Source: Acutalibacteraceae bacterium (lineage in GTDB: Bacteria; Bacillota; Clostridia; Oscillospirales; Acutalibacteraceae). Taken from it: DNA of 61,943 nucleotides. The notes below the pieces were generated by a model, which was not told where the DNA came from, did no database searches, and saw only the letters and a list, made by a program, of their open reading frames with translations. Positions 44,698 to 54,374 of this stretch are shown here, one piece after another; the stretch's first letter is position 1; the number at the start of each line of letters is the position of its first letter. The stretch is from assembly GCA_045634165.1 (NCBI GenBank), contig JAZQZU010000050.1, positions 1 to 61,943 on the forward strand, read 5' to 3'. The translations under genes and the position numbers were made by a program.

Positions 44698-46071
44698 TCA
44701 CTCGGTAGCGCATTCAAAGGCTTCGCGGATATTACGCACACCGATAACCTCAATATCCTTAAAGTCTTTTTTATTAAGTCTTTTTATATTCTGTCTTGGT
44801 ATAATGCAACGCTTAAAGCCAAGACGTTCGCATTCTCTTATACGTTGGTCACAGTTTGTAACTGTTCTGATTTCACCTGCAAGACCTATTTCACCGAAAA
44901 CAATTGTGCTACTATCTATTACAGTATCTTTAAAGCTAGAAAGAATAGAAAGTGCAACAGCTAAATCACAGGCAGGTTCATCCACACGAAGACCACCTAC
45001 AATATTAACGTAGCAGTCCATATTTCCAAGGAAATAACCCGCTCGTTTTTCAAGGATTGCTATGAGCATTGCCATTCGGTTGTAGTCAAAGCCAGCCGCC
45101 ATTCTTCTGGGATTGCCGAATCCCGAGGCGGTTGCAAGACCCTGAACCTCTGCAAGAATGGGTCTGGAGCCCTCTATAAGACAAGTAACACAAGTACCCG
45201 ATACGTTTAAGGGTCTGCCCGAAATCATGGCTAATGAAGGGCTTTCTATCTCAACAAGACCCGTTTCGGTCATTTCAAAAACACCGATTTCATTGGTAGA
45301 GCCGAATCTGTTTTTTGCGGCTCTTAAAATACGGTAAGTAAGGTTTCTTTCGCCCTCAAAATATAAAACTGTGTCAACTATATGCTCTAAAACTTTGGGA
45401 CCCGCAATATTGCCATCTTTGTTAACGTGGCCTACAAGGATAATTGAAACGTCGTTGTTTTTAGCGGTGCGCATAAAAAGATTCGTACATTCCCGAACCT
45501 GAGTTACGCTACCGGCAGTGGACGATACAGAGGAAATATTCATTGTCTGTACCGAGTCAATCATAACAATATCAGGTTTCTGATTTTTTATATATTCGCA
45601 GACAATTTCAGCATCAGTTTCGCACATGATTGCAAGTTTTTCGTTGGTTACACCAAGTCGTTTTGCTCGCATTTTAATCTGATATGCAGACTCCTCACCT
45701 GAAACGTATAAAACAGAAAAACCACTTGCAAGTTTTTCGCAAATCTGTAAAAGAATTGTTGATTTACCGATACCCGGGTCACCGCACAAAAGTACGAGAG
45801 AGCCTTTAACAAGACCGCCCCCGAGAACACGGTTCAATTCCCCTACCCCTGTGTCATATCGCACCTCGCCCGATGAATTTATCTGTGACAAAGGAAGTGC
45901 TAAGCCTGAATAGGACGTAAGCCTATTTTTAGCGGTTTTATTCGCAGGGGTATCAATTATCTGTTCCTCGTTTAAAGTGTCCCATTCGCCACAAGAAGGG
46001 CACTTTCCATACCATTTGGCAGATTCATACCCACACTCGCTGCATATAAAAACAACTTTATTTTTAGCCAT
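44698..46071 (-). CDS. radA: DNA repair protein RadA (Sms)
   Basis: N-terminal Zn ribbon CSECGY...CPSCGEW, Walker A GDPGIGKST, KNRFG motif, and a Lon-like C-terminal domain. Confidence 0.92.
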   Translation of the reverse strand: MAKNKVVFICSECGYESAKWYGKCPSCGEWDTLNEEQIIDTPANKTAKNRLTSYSGLALPLSQINSSGEVRYDTGVGELNRVLGGGLVKGSLVLLCGDPGIGKSTILLQICEKLASGFSVLYVSGEESAYQIKMRAKRLGVTNEKLAIMCETDAEIVCEYIKNQKPDIVMIDSVQTMNISSVSSTAGSVTQVRECTNLFMRTAKNNDVSIILVGHVNKDGNIAGPKVLEHIVDTVLYFEGERNLTYRILRAAKNRFGSTNEIGVFEMTETGLVEIESPSLAMISGRPLNVSGTCVTCLIEGSRPILAEVQGLATASGFGNPRRMAAGFDYNRMAMLIAILEKRAGYFLGNMDCYVNIVGGLRVDEPACDLAVALSILSSFKDTVIDSSTIVFGEIGLAGEIRTVTNCDQRIRECERLGFKRCIIPRQNIKRLNKKDFKDIEVIGVRNIREAFECATE

Positions 46072-46076
46072 TTAAG

Positions 46077-46790
46077 TCATCCTTTACAGTAAACGTAATC
46101 TTGTATACCTGTTGCAATACTGTAAGCAATTTTACGTTGATAATTATCGGTTTTAAGAAGCTCAGTTTCATCATAATTTGAAAGAAAGCCACATTCCACA
46201 AGAACCGCAGGTTTTACCGCGTTGTAAATAAGATAAACGGATGTGCCACATTTCTTAATCTGTCGGTCATTTTCTGGTTGGAGAATTTCAGTAACGTTTT
46301 CCTGAATATTACGGGCAAGTTCTGAGCTTTCCTCAGAAAATTCGGGCGAGTAAAACACCTGTAATCCCCGGTATTTCGGAATATGATATTTGTTCTGATG
46401 AATGCTTATAAAAATAGCGTTATCAGTGTCGTTCATAAGCTTTAATCTGTTGTGAATATCAGAAGTTTTCTTTTGTCTTATGGTGTTAAGACCATCATCC
46501 TCAAGTGAAGAATCGTCACAACGGGTCATAACTGTTTCAAATCCTGAAAGTTCAAGATATTCCTGTAAATAACTACTGATTTTCAAATTAATATCCTTTT
46601 CAATTGTGCCGTCAGGTGCTACTGCGCCACCATCAAAACCACCGTGACCTGCATCAATTATAATAATAGGAATTCTTATTGATTTATCACCATTACCCGA
46701 AACTTTATCCGAAGAGTAAAAAAACGTGGTAGCATTAAAAATTAATGCACAAATTACAACGCAAATTAACGATATGTATAGTTTTTTCAT
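46077..46790 (-). CDS. cwlD: N-acetylmuramoyl-L-alanine amidase (Amidase_3), CwlD-like
   Basis: N-terminal TM helix, IIDAGHGGFDGGA, and ECGFLSN. The size and architecture match the germination-specific amidase. Confidence 0.7.
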   Translation of the reverse strand: MKKLYISLICVVICALIFNATTFFYSSDKVSGNGDKSIRIPIIIIDAGHGGFDGGAVAPDGTIEKDINLKISSYLQEYLELSGFETVMTRCDDSSLEDDGLNTIRQKKTSDIHNRLKLMNDTDNAIFISIHQNKYHIPKYRGLQVFYSPEFSEESSELARNIQENVTEILQPENDRQIKKCGTSVYLIYNAVKPAVLVECGFLSNYDETELLKTDNYQRKIAYSIATGIQDYVYCKG

Positions 46791-46840
46791 TTAACCACCT
46801 ATAAAATATATGTTTTTTAGGGGTTAAATAGATTTGAATT

Positions 46841-47503
46841 TTAAATAAAGTCCTCGCCGTTTTTCATTAAAAGTTTGTGTCGTGTAATACGCCATAATAA
46901 ATCATCACGGTTTAACTTTTCGCTCAATAAATTACAGAAATTAACGGGACTTACTGTAAAATCATTACCTGCAGGCAAGTTAAATTTAAGACAAAAGTTG
47001 CCACCTTCAGTAACAATTTCGAAGTTTTTAAGATTTTCGGTAACGTTAATTGTTTTGAAACCGCCTTTTTTAACCTTTTTTTCGTAGGTTAAGACTTGGG
47101 TTTTAACAATTTCCTCGATTTTTTCACCCACACTATCAAGGTTTTCGCCAACAAGTTGTGCGGTATAATCTGCAGAAAAAATCTCAAGGGGTTTATTTTT
47201 AGGTTCGGTAATTTCAATAAAATCAATTCCGGATACTGTAACCCTGTTAAGCTCGTCAATAACCCTTTGTAAGGGGTAATTGACGTCGTTGAGTCTTATA
47301 TCTAGGGGCTCGTACAAACCTTCAACACCCAAAGGTAATGAAAGACCAAAAACAAGGTGCGGATGAGGGTTAAAACCTTCTGTATACCACAGAGGAATAT
47401 CTGTTCTGCGGAAAGCACGAACCATACATCTTGATAAATCAAGGTGAGATATATATTTTGCGGTGTCGGTTTTTTTAAACCATATTCTGACTGAGCGCAT
47501 CAC
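46841..47503 (-). CDS. Radical-SAM-associated protein, TIGR03936/DUF2344 type
   Basis: N-terminal R..F.K...AKYISHLDL and EGFNPHP motifs. It overlaps the upstream radical SAM gene by 29 nt. Confidence 0.75.
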   Translation of the reverse strand: MMRSVRIWFKKTDTAKYISHLDLSRCMVRAFRRTDIPLWYTEGFNPHPHLVFGLSLPLGVEGLYEPLDIRLNDVNYPLQRVIDELNRVTVSGIDFIEITEPKNKPLEIFSADYTAQLVGENLDSVGEKIEEIVKTQVLTYEKKVKKGGFKTINVTENLKNFEIVTEGGNFCLKFNLPAGNDFTVSPVNFCNLLSEKLNRDDLLWRITRHKLLMKNGEDFI

Positions 47504-49337
47504 ATTTACCTCCGTTTAACTTATTTGAACCACAACCTGCACACTGCTGACGGCAATGCTTTGTAGTTTCGGCATTTTTAGCCTTTTCATTCTCACAGAT
47601 AAGGAATTGTTTTCTGATACCTGAGTTAATGTGGTCCCAGGGTAAAACCTCATCATAAGAACGACGACGATTTGCATAGAATTCGGTTGAAAGACCGCAG
47701 GTTTCAAAAGCGTTCATCCACGCATCAAAATTGAATTTATCGTCCCAACTGTCAAAGGTACAACCGTTTTTGTAAGCGGTTTCTATAACGTCTGAAAGTC
47801 GTCTGTCACCACGTGCGAAAACACCCTCAAGGAATGTTAAATCCGTATTGTGGAAACGGAATGTAATCTTCTTAGAAGTACACGTATCGAGGAGAAGTTT
47901 CTGCTTTCGTTTAAGTTCATCTCGTGTATCCTGGGGTTCCCACTGGAAAGGTGTACAGGGCTTGGGAACAAAGGATGATACACCCGCGCTTACGTTAACA
48001 CCTTTGCCCTTGGGTTTGTCGGGGTTAGAGTAAAACTCCTCAACAACCTTTTGGGAAAGGACGTTAATACCCACAACGTCATCGTCAGTTTCCGTGGGTA
48101 AGCCTATCATAAAGTACAATTTAACTGCAGTCCAACCGCCAACAAAGGCTTTTCGGCAAGTATCGAGAATTTCTGTTTCTGAAATATTTTTATTAATTAC
48201 GTCGCGAAGTCTTTGTGTACCTGCCTCTGCAGCAAAGGTAAGACCCGAACGTCTTACAAGAGCCAATTTTTCTTTAAGTTCATCGGAAAAATTATCAATT
48301 CTCAAGGAAGGCAGAGCTACATTAATTTTCTGTGGAACTGCCCAACCTAATAATTCTTCAAGTAATTCTGTGATTTTTGTGTAGTCGCTACTTGAAAGTG
48401 AGCAGAGTGATAATTCATCATAACCGCTAGTACACGCAAGTCTCCGACTTTGCTCACTAATGGTTTCAACACTCTTTTCACGAATGGGTCTGTACCAGAA
48501 ACCCGCCTGACAGAAACGGCAACCACGTATACAACCTCTGAAAATTTCGTGAACTACTCTGTCGTGAACAACCTCAACGAAGGGAACGACGAATTTTTCT
48601 GGATAGAAGATATTGTCAAGGTCTGCCACTACCCTTTTGTTAACAACTTCGGGTGCACCATCTTTTGGGGTGATTTTTTCAATAGTGCCATCTTCGTTAT
48701 ATGTAACGTCGTACAACGCCGGTACATAAATACCTTCAATCTGTGCTGCTGCTTTTAAAAACTCGCTTCGTGATTTACCCTGTTTTTTGTACACATTAAG
48801 CAAATCAAGAAATTCGAGCATCATTTCCTCACCTTCACCGATTTCAAATACGTCAATGAAATCCGCGAGAGGTTCAGGGTTGCACACACAGGGTCCACCG
48901 GCTATAATAATGGGAACATCCAAGGAGTCCCCCCTGTCCTTACTACGTAAAGGAATTTTAGAGAGATTTAGCATATTGAGTACGTTTGTAAAGCATAATT
49001 CATATTGTAAAGTAAACCCAACAACGTCAAAATCTGTTAATTGGTCGCGACTTTCAAGGGCAAATAAAGGAATATCCCTTTCGCGCATAATTTTTTCCAT
49101 ATCAGTATCAGGTGCGAAAACTCTTTCGCACCAGAAATTATCCCTTGAGTTTATAAGACTATAAAGAATCTTCATTCCAAGGTGGGACATACCGATTTCA
49201 TATGTATCAGGAAAACAGAATGCAAATCTAACATCCACGTTTTCTTTATTCTTAACAACTGAATTAAGTTCGCCGCCTGTGTATCTTGCAGGCTTTTGCA
49301 CAAGGGGTAAAATCGACTCGATTTTTGTTTTAAGCAT
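47475..49337 (-). CDS. B12-binding-domain radical SAM protein, TIGR03960 type
   Basis: CxxxCxxC cluster motif CIRGCRFCQAG and about 620 aa in length. It is paired with the DUF2344-type gene. Confidence 0.8.
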   Translation of the reverse strand: MLKTKIESILPLVQKPARYTGGELNSVVKNKENVDVRFAFCFPDTYEIGMSHLGMKILYSLINSRDNFWCERVFAPDTDMEKIMRERDIPLFALESRDQLTDFDVVGFTLQYELCFTNVLNMLNLSKIPLRSKDRGDSLDVPIIIAGGPCVCNPEPLADFIDVFEIGEGEEMMLEFLDLLNVYKKQGKSRSEFLKAAAQIEGIYVPALYDVTYNEDGTIEKITPKDGAPEVVNKRVVADLDNIFYPEKFVVPFVEVVHDRVVHEIFRGCIRGCRFCQAGFWYRPIREKSVETISEQSRRLACTSGYDELSLCSLSSSDYTKITELLEELLGWAVPQKINVALPSLRIDNFSDELKEKLALVRRSGLTFAAEAGTQRLRDVINKNISETEILDTCRKAFVGGWTAVKLYFMIGLPTETDDDVVGINVLSQKVVEEFYSNPDKPKGKGVNVSAGVSSFVPKPCTPFQWEPQDTRDELKRKQKLLLDTCTSKKITFRFHNTDLTFLEGVFARGDRRLSDVIETAYKNGCTFDSWDDKFNFDAWMNAFETCGLSTEFYANRRRSYDEVLPWDHINSGIRKQFLICENEKAKNAETTKHCRQQCAGCGSNKLNGGKCDALSQNMV

Positions 49338-49446
49338 ATATACAACTCCATATAAATATATATATTTATTTTACTATATACGTCTGTAATAATCAAGTAA
49401 AATAAAGCCGTGTCCACGATATTTTTCGGGAACACGGCTTATATAA

Positions 49447-50946
49447 TTATTTTTGTTTTACGGACGTTCTTTTTGCCTTCAAAAATGAATTAACTTTCTT
49501 GAAAATCGGGATTTTTTCCTGGGTTTCACCTTCGTCGCATTTTTCTACCACAACCATAAATAGCGTGATTAACAATAAATATGGTACAGGACATAAAATA
49601 CCGGGGTTGACAAGGGACATCATTTCAAGGCTTATGTAAGACAAGAACACGGTCATATTGAAAAGTGTAGCCTTTTTCCAGATAAGCATATTTCGTTTGA
49701 TAAACTGATAAACGAAGGCAACAATTCCCAATATACCAAAACTTGCGGCAATCTGTATTGGCTCACAATGATACCAACACAAAGCACCTGCCTTGTTCTT
49801 GAAGATATCACGGTTACCCATATACCCGAGACCTGTTCCTAATATTGGGTGATTAAGGAAGTCTTCAACACCACGAGCGTAATGTCTTACCCGGGTTTCT
49901 GTATCCTCACCGCCTATAAGGAAGTCATTTAAAACGTTGAATAATCTTACAAACGTATTGTTAAGGAACTTGGTGATCTGTGGCAGGAAAATAAGCAGAC
50001 CGAACACCACGCAAACACAGATAATAGCATATGCCAGCCTTCTGCGTCTGTCATAAAGAACAAACATAACTATGCACATTACAAGCTCAATGGCACCGAA
50101 CACCATACCGCCCCTTGAACCTGATAAAAGCATTGCAAGGAAGAAAAGGAAACCTAGAACTATTGCGGTAGGTTTTTTATTACCCATTAAGAAGGTAAAG
50201 GGCATTGTTATCATAAGAATTGTTGAAATGTTATTACGCCATCTTATGAAGAAAATGCCACCCTTATCAATTGCAAGATTAATATTAATAAGGTAGTGAG
50301 CAATAACCATAAAGGTAGCAAACACGCCCACGAGTACCATAATACGAGTCAGTTGCTCGATAAGTGAATATTTTTTGGTAACATCTATCTTAGCGTAAAG
50401 GAAGCAATAAACAAGTACCATTCCGAATCCCATACCGAGCATATGGTAAATTGAAGAACCCGAAAAGTAGTCTTTGGCAGAAATAAACCCGAATCCACCC
50501 ATAATAACCGCAAAAGAAACAAACATCATCGGTTTAAATTGCGAACCCTTAGCAGACAGCTTTTTGCGGTAAACAACAAGGTTGAATATAATAATCCCAA
50601 TCAATGGAATTGCCAACCAAATTATGCTCATAAAGGCGTTAAGTGAGTTATAACACCGTATTGCAACCAGATAAGTAAACATCAATGGTATGAGCATAGC
50701 CAGTATGTCACCAGTAAATAAAAAACAAAAACCTGTGAAATAGGCTAAAATTACAGTACCGGCGATAGCAAATTCATGGTGAGAGTCCGAGCCACGTGCG
50801 TAAAAAGAATCAAGACAAGCGAAGATGGCCGCAACTAAAAACAGAATTGCAATCCATTTATCGCTGAAAAGAAAATCACGAACTTTATTAATTTTTCGTA
50901 ATGATGACTCGGATTTAAATATATGTTCCATTTTAAAATACCACAC
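49447..50946 (-). CDS. O-antigen ligase/polymerase-like (Wzy_C) polytopic membrane protein
   Basis: About 12 TM helices and the LLSGSRGGM motif. The start is uncertain: GTG 50946 or ATG 50931. Confidence 0.65.
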   Translation of the reverse strand: MWYFKMEHIFKSESSLRKINKVRDFLFSDKWIAILFLVAAIFACLDSFYARGSDSHHEFAIAGTVILAYFTGFCFLFTGDILAMLIPLMFTYLVAIRCYNSLNAFMSIIWLAIPLIGIIIFNLVVYRKKLSAKGSQFKPMMFVSFAVIMGGFGFISAKDYFSGSSIYHMLGMGFGMVLVYCFLYAKIDVTKKYSLIEQLTRIMVLVGVFATFMVIAHYLININLAIDKGGIFFIRWRNNISTILMITMPFTFLMGNKKPTAIVLGFLFFLAMLLSGSRGGMVFGAIELVMCIVMFVLYDRRRRLAYAIICVCVVFGLLIFLPQITKFLNNTFVRLFNVLNDFLIGGEDTETRVRHYARGVEDFLNHPILGTGLGYMGNRDIFKNKAGALCWYHCEPIQIAASFGILGIVAFVYQFIKRNMLIWKKATLFNMTVFLSYISLEMMSLVNPGILCPVPYLLLITLFMVVVEKCDEGETQEKIPIFKKVNSFLKAKRTSVKQK

Positions 50947-51010
50947 AATAATCCATATTTACTTCCATTATAATCAAAAAAGACAAATATGCAAGAAAAA
51001 TTACAAAACC

Positions 51011-51625
51011 TTAATAATTGTAACATTTTTTAACATTAGGTTTTAATCTGACAAAAAAATTCAAAATCATATATGCGCTTAGGAATATCAAAGTCACATT
51101 TCCTTTATAATGGAACAATATATAAACACTAATAAACGAAAAAACTGTCGTAACCATAATAGAAAATATAAGAACAACATATTCTGTTTTTTCACTTGTT
51201 ATAAAATATTTCAATAAGAACATAAGTCCCCTGCCACCGTCAAAATTGTAATAAGGTAACAGATTTAAAATTCCGATAATTAAATTTACCTCTGCAAAAA
51301 TAGTTAATTTATTATAAAACAGAAAGAAAAATAACCCTACAATTATGTTAAAAACCGGTGCAGAAAAACTGATGATTGATTCTTTAAAATCTGATAATAA
51401 ATTATTATCGTTCCTTACAATATTGGCCCCAAATCCTGAAAGGATAATTTTTGAAATCCCCCCTGTAAAAATACATATGAAAATAATATGTATAATTTCG
51501 TGAATTAACGATGCAATGAGTGAATATAAGCAAATTTTCAGTTCTCCAACACACATTAGTATCAAAAAAACAGCAAAAAATGTGAAACTCAGGGTAATTT
51601 CTGTATTTTTAACTTTAAATTTCAC
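51011..51625 (-). CDS. spoIVFB: Site-2 (M50) intramembrane metalloprotease, SpoIVFB-like, short form without CBS domain
   Basis: HEIIH in a TM helix and NLLPYYNFDGGRG (the NxxPxxxxDG motif). 204 aa. It overlaps the upstream M23 gene by 11 nt, matching spoIVFA-spoIVFB order. Confidence 0.7.
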   Translation of the reverse strand: MKFKVKNTEITLSFTFFAVFLILMCVGELKICLYSLIASLIHEIIHIIFICIFTGGISKIILSGFGANIVRNDNNLLSDFKESIISFSAPVFNIIVGLFFFLFYNKLTIFAEVNLIIGILNLLPYYNFDGGRGLMFLLKYFITSEKTEYVVLIFSIMVTTVFSFISVYILFHYKGNVTLIFLSAYMILNFFVRLKPNVKKCYNY

Positions 51626-52424
51626 TTATAGCCTCATTTAGAGCGGTTTCAGGGTCGTAGGATTTATTATTGATTCGTAATTCAAAGTGCAAATGTGGAC
51701 CTGTTGAAGAACCTGTTGAGCCCATTTCGGCTATTTTCTGTCCTGACTTTACAATATCACCTTTTTTCACGAGTAATTTGTTGCAGTGACAGTAAACGGT
51801 CATAATCTCGTTATCATGAATAATTTTTAAGTAATATCCATTCCATTTGTCATAATCTGCAACAATTACAGTGCCGTCAAAGGCAGAATATATGGGTGTA
51901 CCAATGTCATCCGCTATATCAACACCTGCATGAAAGCGTAATTCTCCATCAATGGGATGATTTCGCACGCCAAATGGTGATGTTATTTCACCTGTCGCAG
52001 GTAAAAACATTTTTTGACTGAGTGTATATGAATCAACCGAAACATTTTCGGGTATATCATCCTTTGATGAAACAGAGTAATCTGCGCCACCCTCTGCTTT
52101 AATCTGTGCCGAGAGTTTCTCTACATGGGGTTCAGTTGATTTTGTTTCGGTAACAATCTTTGTTGTTTGTGTAGTCTCAGGTGCTTGTTGTTTTATTTCC
52201 TCTGTTATTTCAGGCTCAGGCGCATTATTGAAAACCTCTGTATCGCTATCTTTTAGTTCAACAATAAAATTACGTTGCAGATTATCAAAATACGCACGCT
52301 TAATATTATCGAGAGCCCCTGAACCGGTAAATTTAATACCAAAGAATATGCCAAAACTTATGGCGCACACAAGAAATTGAAATAGTAAAGTGTGCAAAAG
52401 ATAGTCCTCTTTGTTTTTATTCAT
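51615..52424 (-). CDS. spoIVFA: Membrane-anchored M23/LytM peptidase, in the SpoIVFA position
   Basis: N-terminal TM helix, then a C-terminal LytM domain with HAGVDI and GPHLHFEL metal ligands intact. Confidence 0.65.
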   Translation of the reverse strand: MNKNKEDYLLHTLLFQFLVCAISFGIFFGIKFTGSGALDNIKRAYFDNLQRNFIVELKDSDTEVFNNAPEPEITEEIKQQAPETTQTTKIVTETKSTEPHVEKLSAQIKAEGGADYSVSSKDDIPENVSVDSYTLSQKMFLPATGEITSPFGVRNHPIDGELRFHAGVDIADDIGTPIYSAFDGTVIVADYDKWNGYYLKIIHDNEIMTVYCHCNKLLVKKGDIVKSGQKIAEMGSTGSSTGPHLHFELRINNKSYDPETALNEAISEI

Positions 52425-52464
52425 AAAAAATCACCCACAAATATATATGTGGGTGAAGTTGAAA

Positions 52465-54357
52465 TTATTCTTCTGTCTGCAAAACTTCCCATTGAGAATA
52501 TAAATCCTCAAGCTCAATACGCGAGGTGTCAAGTAATTCAGTTAACCGTACTAATTCCTCATAATTTGCAGTAATCTCGGGGTTTGAAAGTAAATCCTCG
52601 GTTTCTTTGATAAGATTTTCTTTTTCCTCGATTTCTGCTTCAATTTTATTTATTTTGGTTTTACGTTTGCGCTCATTACTAGCCTTTTCTTTTTTTAACT
52701 TATATTCATTAATTACGGGCTTTTTGCGATTAACTACTACTTCTTCCTCTTTTTTCGCTTCCCTAAATTCAATATAAGTATCATAATTACCAGGAATATC
52801 CACCGCACCCTCGTGGGTAAGATGAACAATCTTAGTAGCTAGTTTATTAATGAAGTATCTGTCGTGAGAAACCACAAGTAAAGTTCCGTTGAAATCCGCA
52901 AGGGCATTTTCGAGCACTTCTCTTGAAATAATGTCAAGATGGTTTGTGGGCTCGTCAAGAATTAAGAAGTTTGGCTTTGCAAGCATAATTTTAAGAAGTG
53001 AAATCTTTGCTCTTTCGCCACCACTTAAATCGGAAACGGATTTAAACACATCCTCTCCTCTGAATAAAAACATTGCAAGGGCACTGCGTATGTCGGTTTC
53101 GTTCATAAAGGGATACATATCCCATACTTCATTGAGGACAGTCTTGTGTGAACTTAGTTTGTCAATATTCTGGTCAAAGTAACCGATTTTAACGTTTGAA
53201 CCAAGTTGGAAAACACCATCGTCTGCAGTAACTTCTTTATTAATTATCTTTAAAAAAGTTGATTTACCGCAACCATTGGGTCCTAAAAGGAAAACACTGT
53301 CTTCGCGATAAACTGATAAATCAAAATTCCTGAATAAATCCTTGTCGGGAAAGCTTTTCTTAAGGTTTTTAACAACTAAAACCTCGTCCCCTGTTCTTAT
53401 TTCAGTCTTAAAACTGAAATTAACACTTTTAAGCACTTTGTCTGGTACAACAAGGGTTTCTCTTAAACGTTCAATCTGCTTTTCCTTACTTGCAATTGTA
53501 ATATAGTTTCGCTCCTGATTAAAGCGCTTCTGTTGCTCGATAATGCCCTCAATACGTTTGATTTCAGTCATTGTCTTTTCATACTCACGCTCAATAGTAA
53601 GTTCGCGTTCTGCTTTAAGTTTCTGAAAAACTGAGTAATTACCAACAGTATGAATAAGCTTCTGGTGTGATATTTCCATAGTTGAAGTAGTAACTTTATC
53701 AAGGAAATATCGGTCGTGGGACACAACGATAAATGCACCACGGTATTTTATAAGAAAATCCTCGAGCCATATGATTGAATCTGTATCAAGGTTGTTCGTA
53801 GGCTCGTCCAATAAAAGGAGGTTTGCATTGGATAAAAGAAGTTTACATAAAGAAAGCTTTGAGCGTTGACCACCACTTAAGGATGACACTTTTAAATTAA
53901 GGTCCTTTTCGGAAAAGCCAAGTCCAATCAAAGCAGACCTTGTCTTTGCTTTGTAAACAAGACCATCGCGATGTTCAAGTTCTTCTGTAAGACGTAACTG
54001 TCTTTCAATTGTAGCGATATCAGAATTGTGAAGAAGCTTTTCATTAATTATTTCAAGCTCCCTTTCCATTTCGATTACATCATTGAAAACAGTGAGAGCC
54101 TCGTCATAAAGAGTAATATTTTCATCACAGTCAAGGTACTGCTCCATATAACCTATACGCACGTCTTTGCCGCGAACGATACCACCCTCGTTAGGATCAT
54201 ATTTCCCTGTAATAAGGCGGAAAAGCGAGGTTTTGCCGGTGCCGTTTGCACCTATTAACCCCACTCTGTCAGTTTCCTCAAGCTTGAAAGCGGCGCCTTT
54301 GAACAAGACGCCGTCAAGAAAACCGAATGTTAAGTTTTGTGCCGTCAATAATGACAT
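52465..54357 (-). CDS. ABC-F family ATPase (two ABC domains, no TM domain; translation factor / ribosome-associated type)
   Basis: Two Walker A loops (GANGTGKTS, GPNGCGKST), two LSGGQ/LSGGE signatures, an inter-domain linker, and a C-terminal coiled-coil tail. Confidence 0.9.
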   Translation of the reverse strand: MSLLTAQNLTFGFLDGVLFKGAAFKLEETDRVGLIGANGTGKTSLFRLITGKYDPNEGGIVRGKDVRIGYMEQYLDCDENITLYDEALTVFNDVIEMERELEIINEKLLHNSDIATIERQLRLTEELEHRDGLVYKAKTRSALIGLGFSEKDLNLKVSSLSGGQRSKLSLCKLLLSNANLLLLDEPTNNLDTDSIIWLEDFLIKYRGAFIVVSHDRYFLDKVTTSTMEISHQKLIHTVGNYSVFQKLKAERELTIEREYEKTMTEIKRIEGIIEQQKRFNQERNYITIASKEKQIERLRETLVVPDKVLKSVNFSFKTEIRTGDEVLVVKNLKKSFPDKDLFRNFDLSVYREDSVFLLGPNGCGKSTFLKIINKEVTADDGVFQLGSNVKIGYFDQNIDKLSSHKTVLNEVWDMYPFMNETDIRSALAMFLFRGEDVFKSVSDLSGGERAKISLLKIMLAKPNFLILDEPTNHLDIISREVLENALADFNGTLLVVSHDRYFINKLATKIVHLTHEGAVDIPGNYDTYIEFREAKKEEEVVVNRKKPVINEYKLKKEKASNERKRKTKINKIEAEIEEKENLIKETEDLLSNPEITANYEELVRLTELLDTSRIELEDLYSQWEVLQTEE

Positions 54358-54374
54358 AAAACCACCTTATAATA

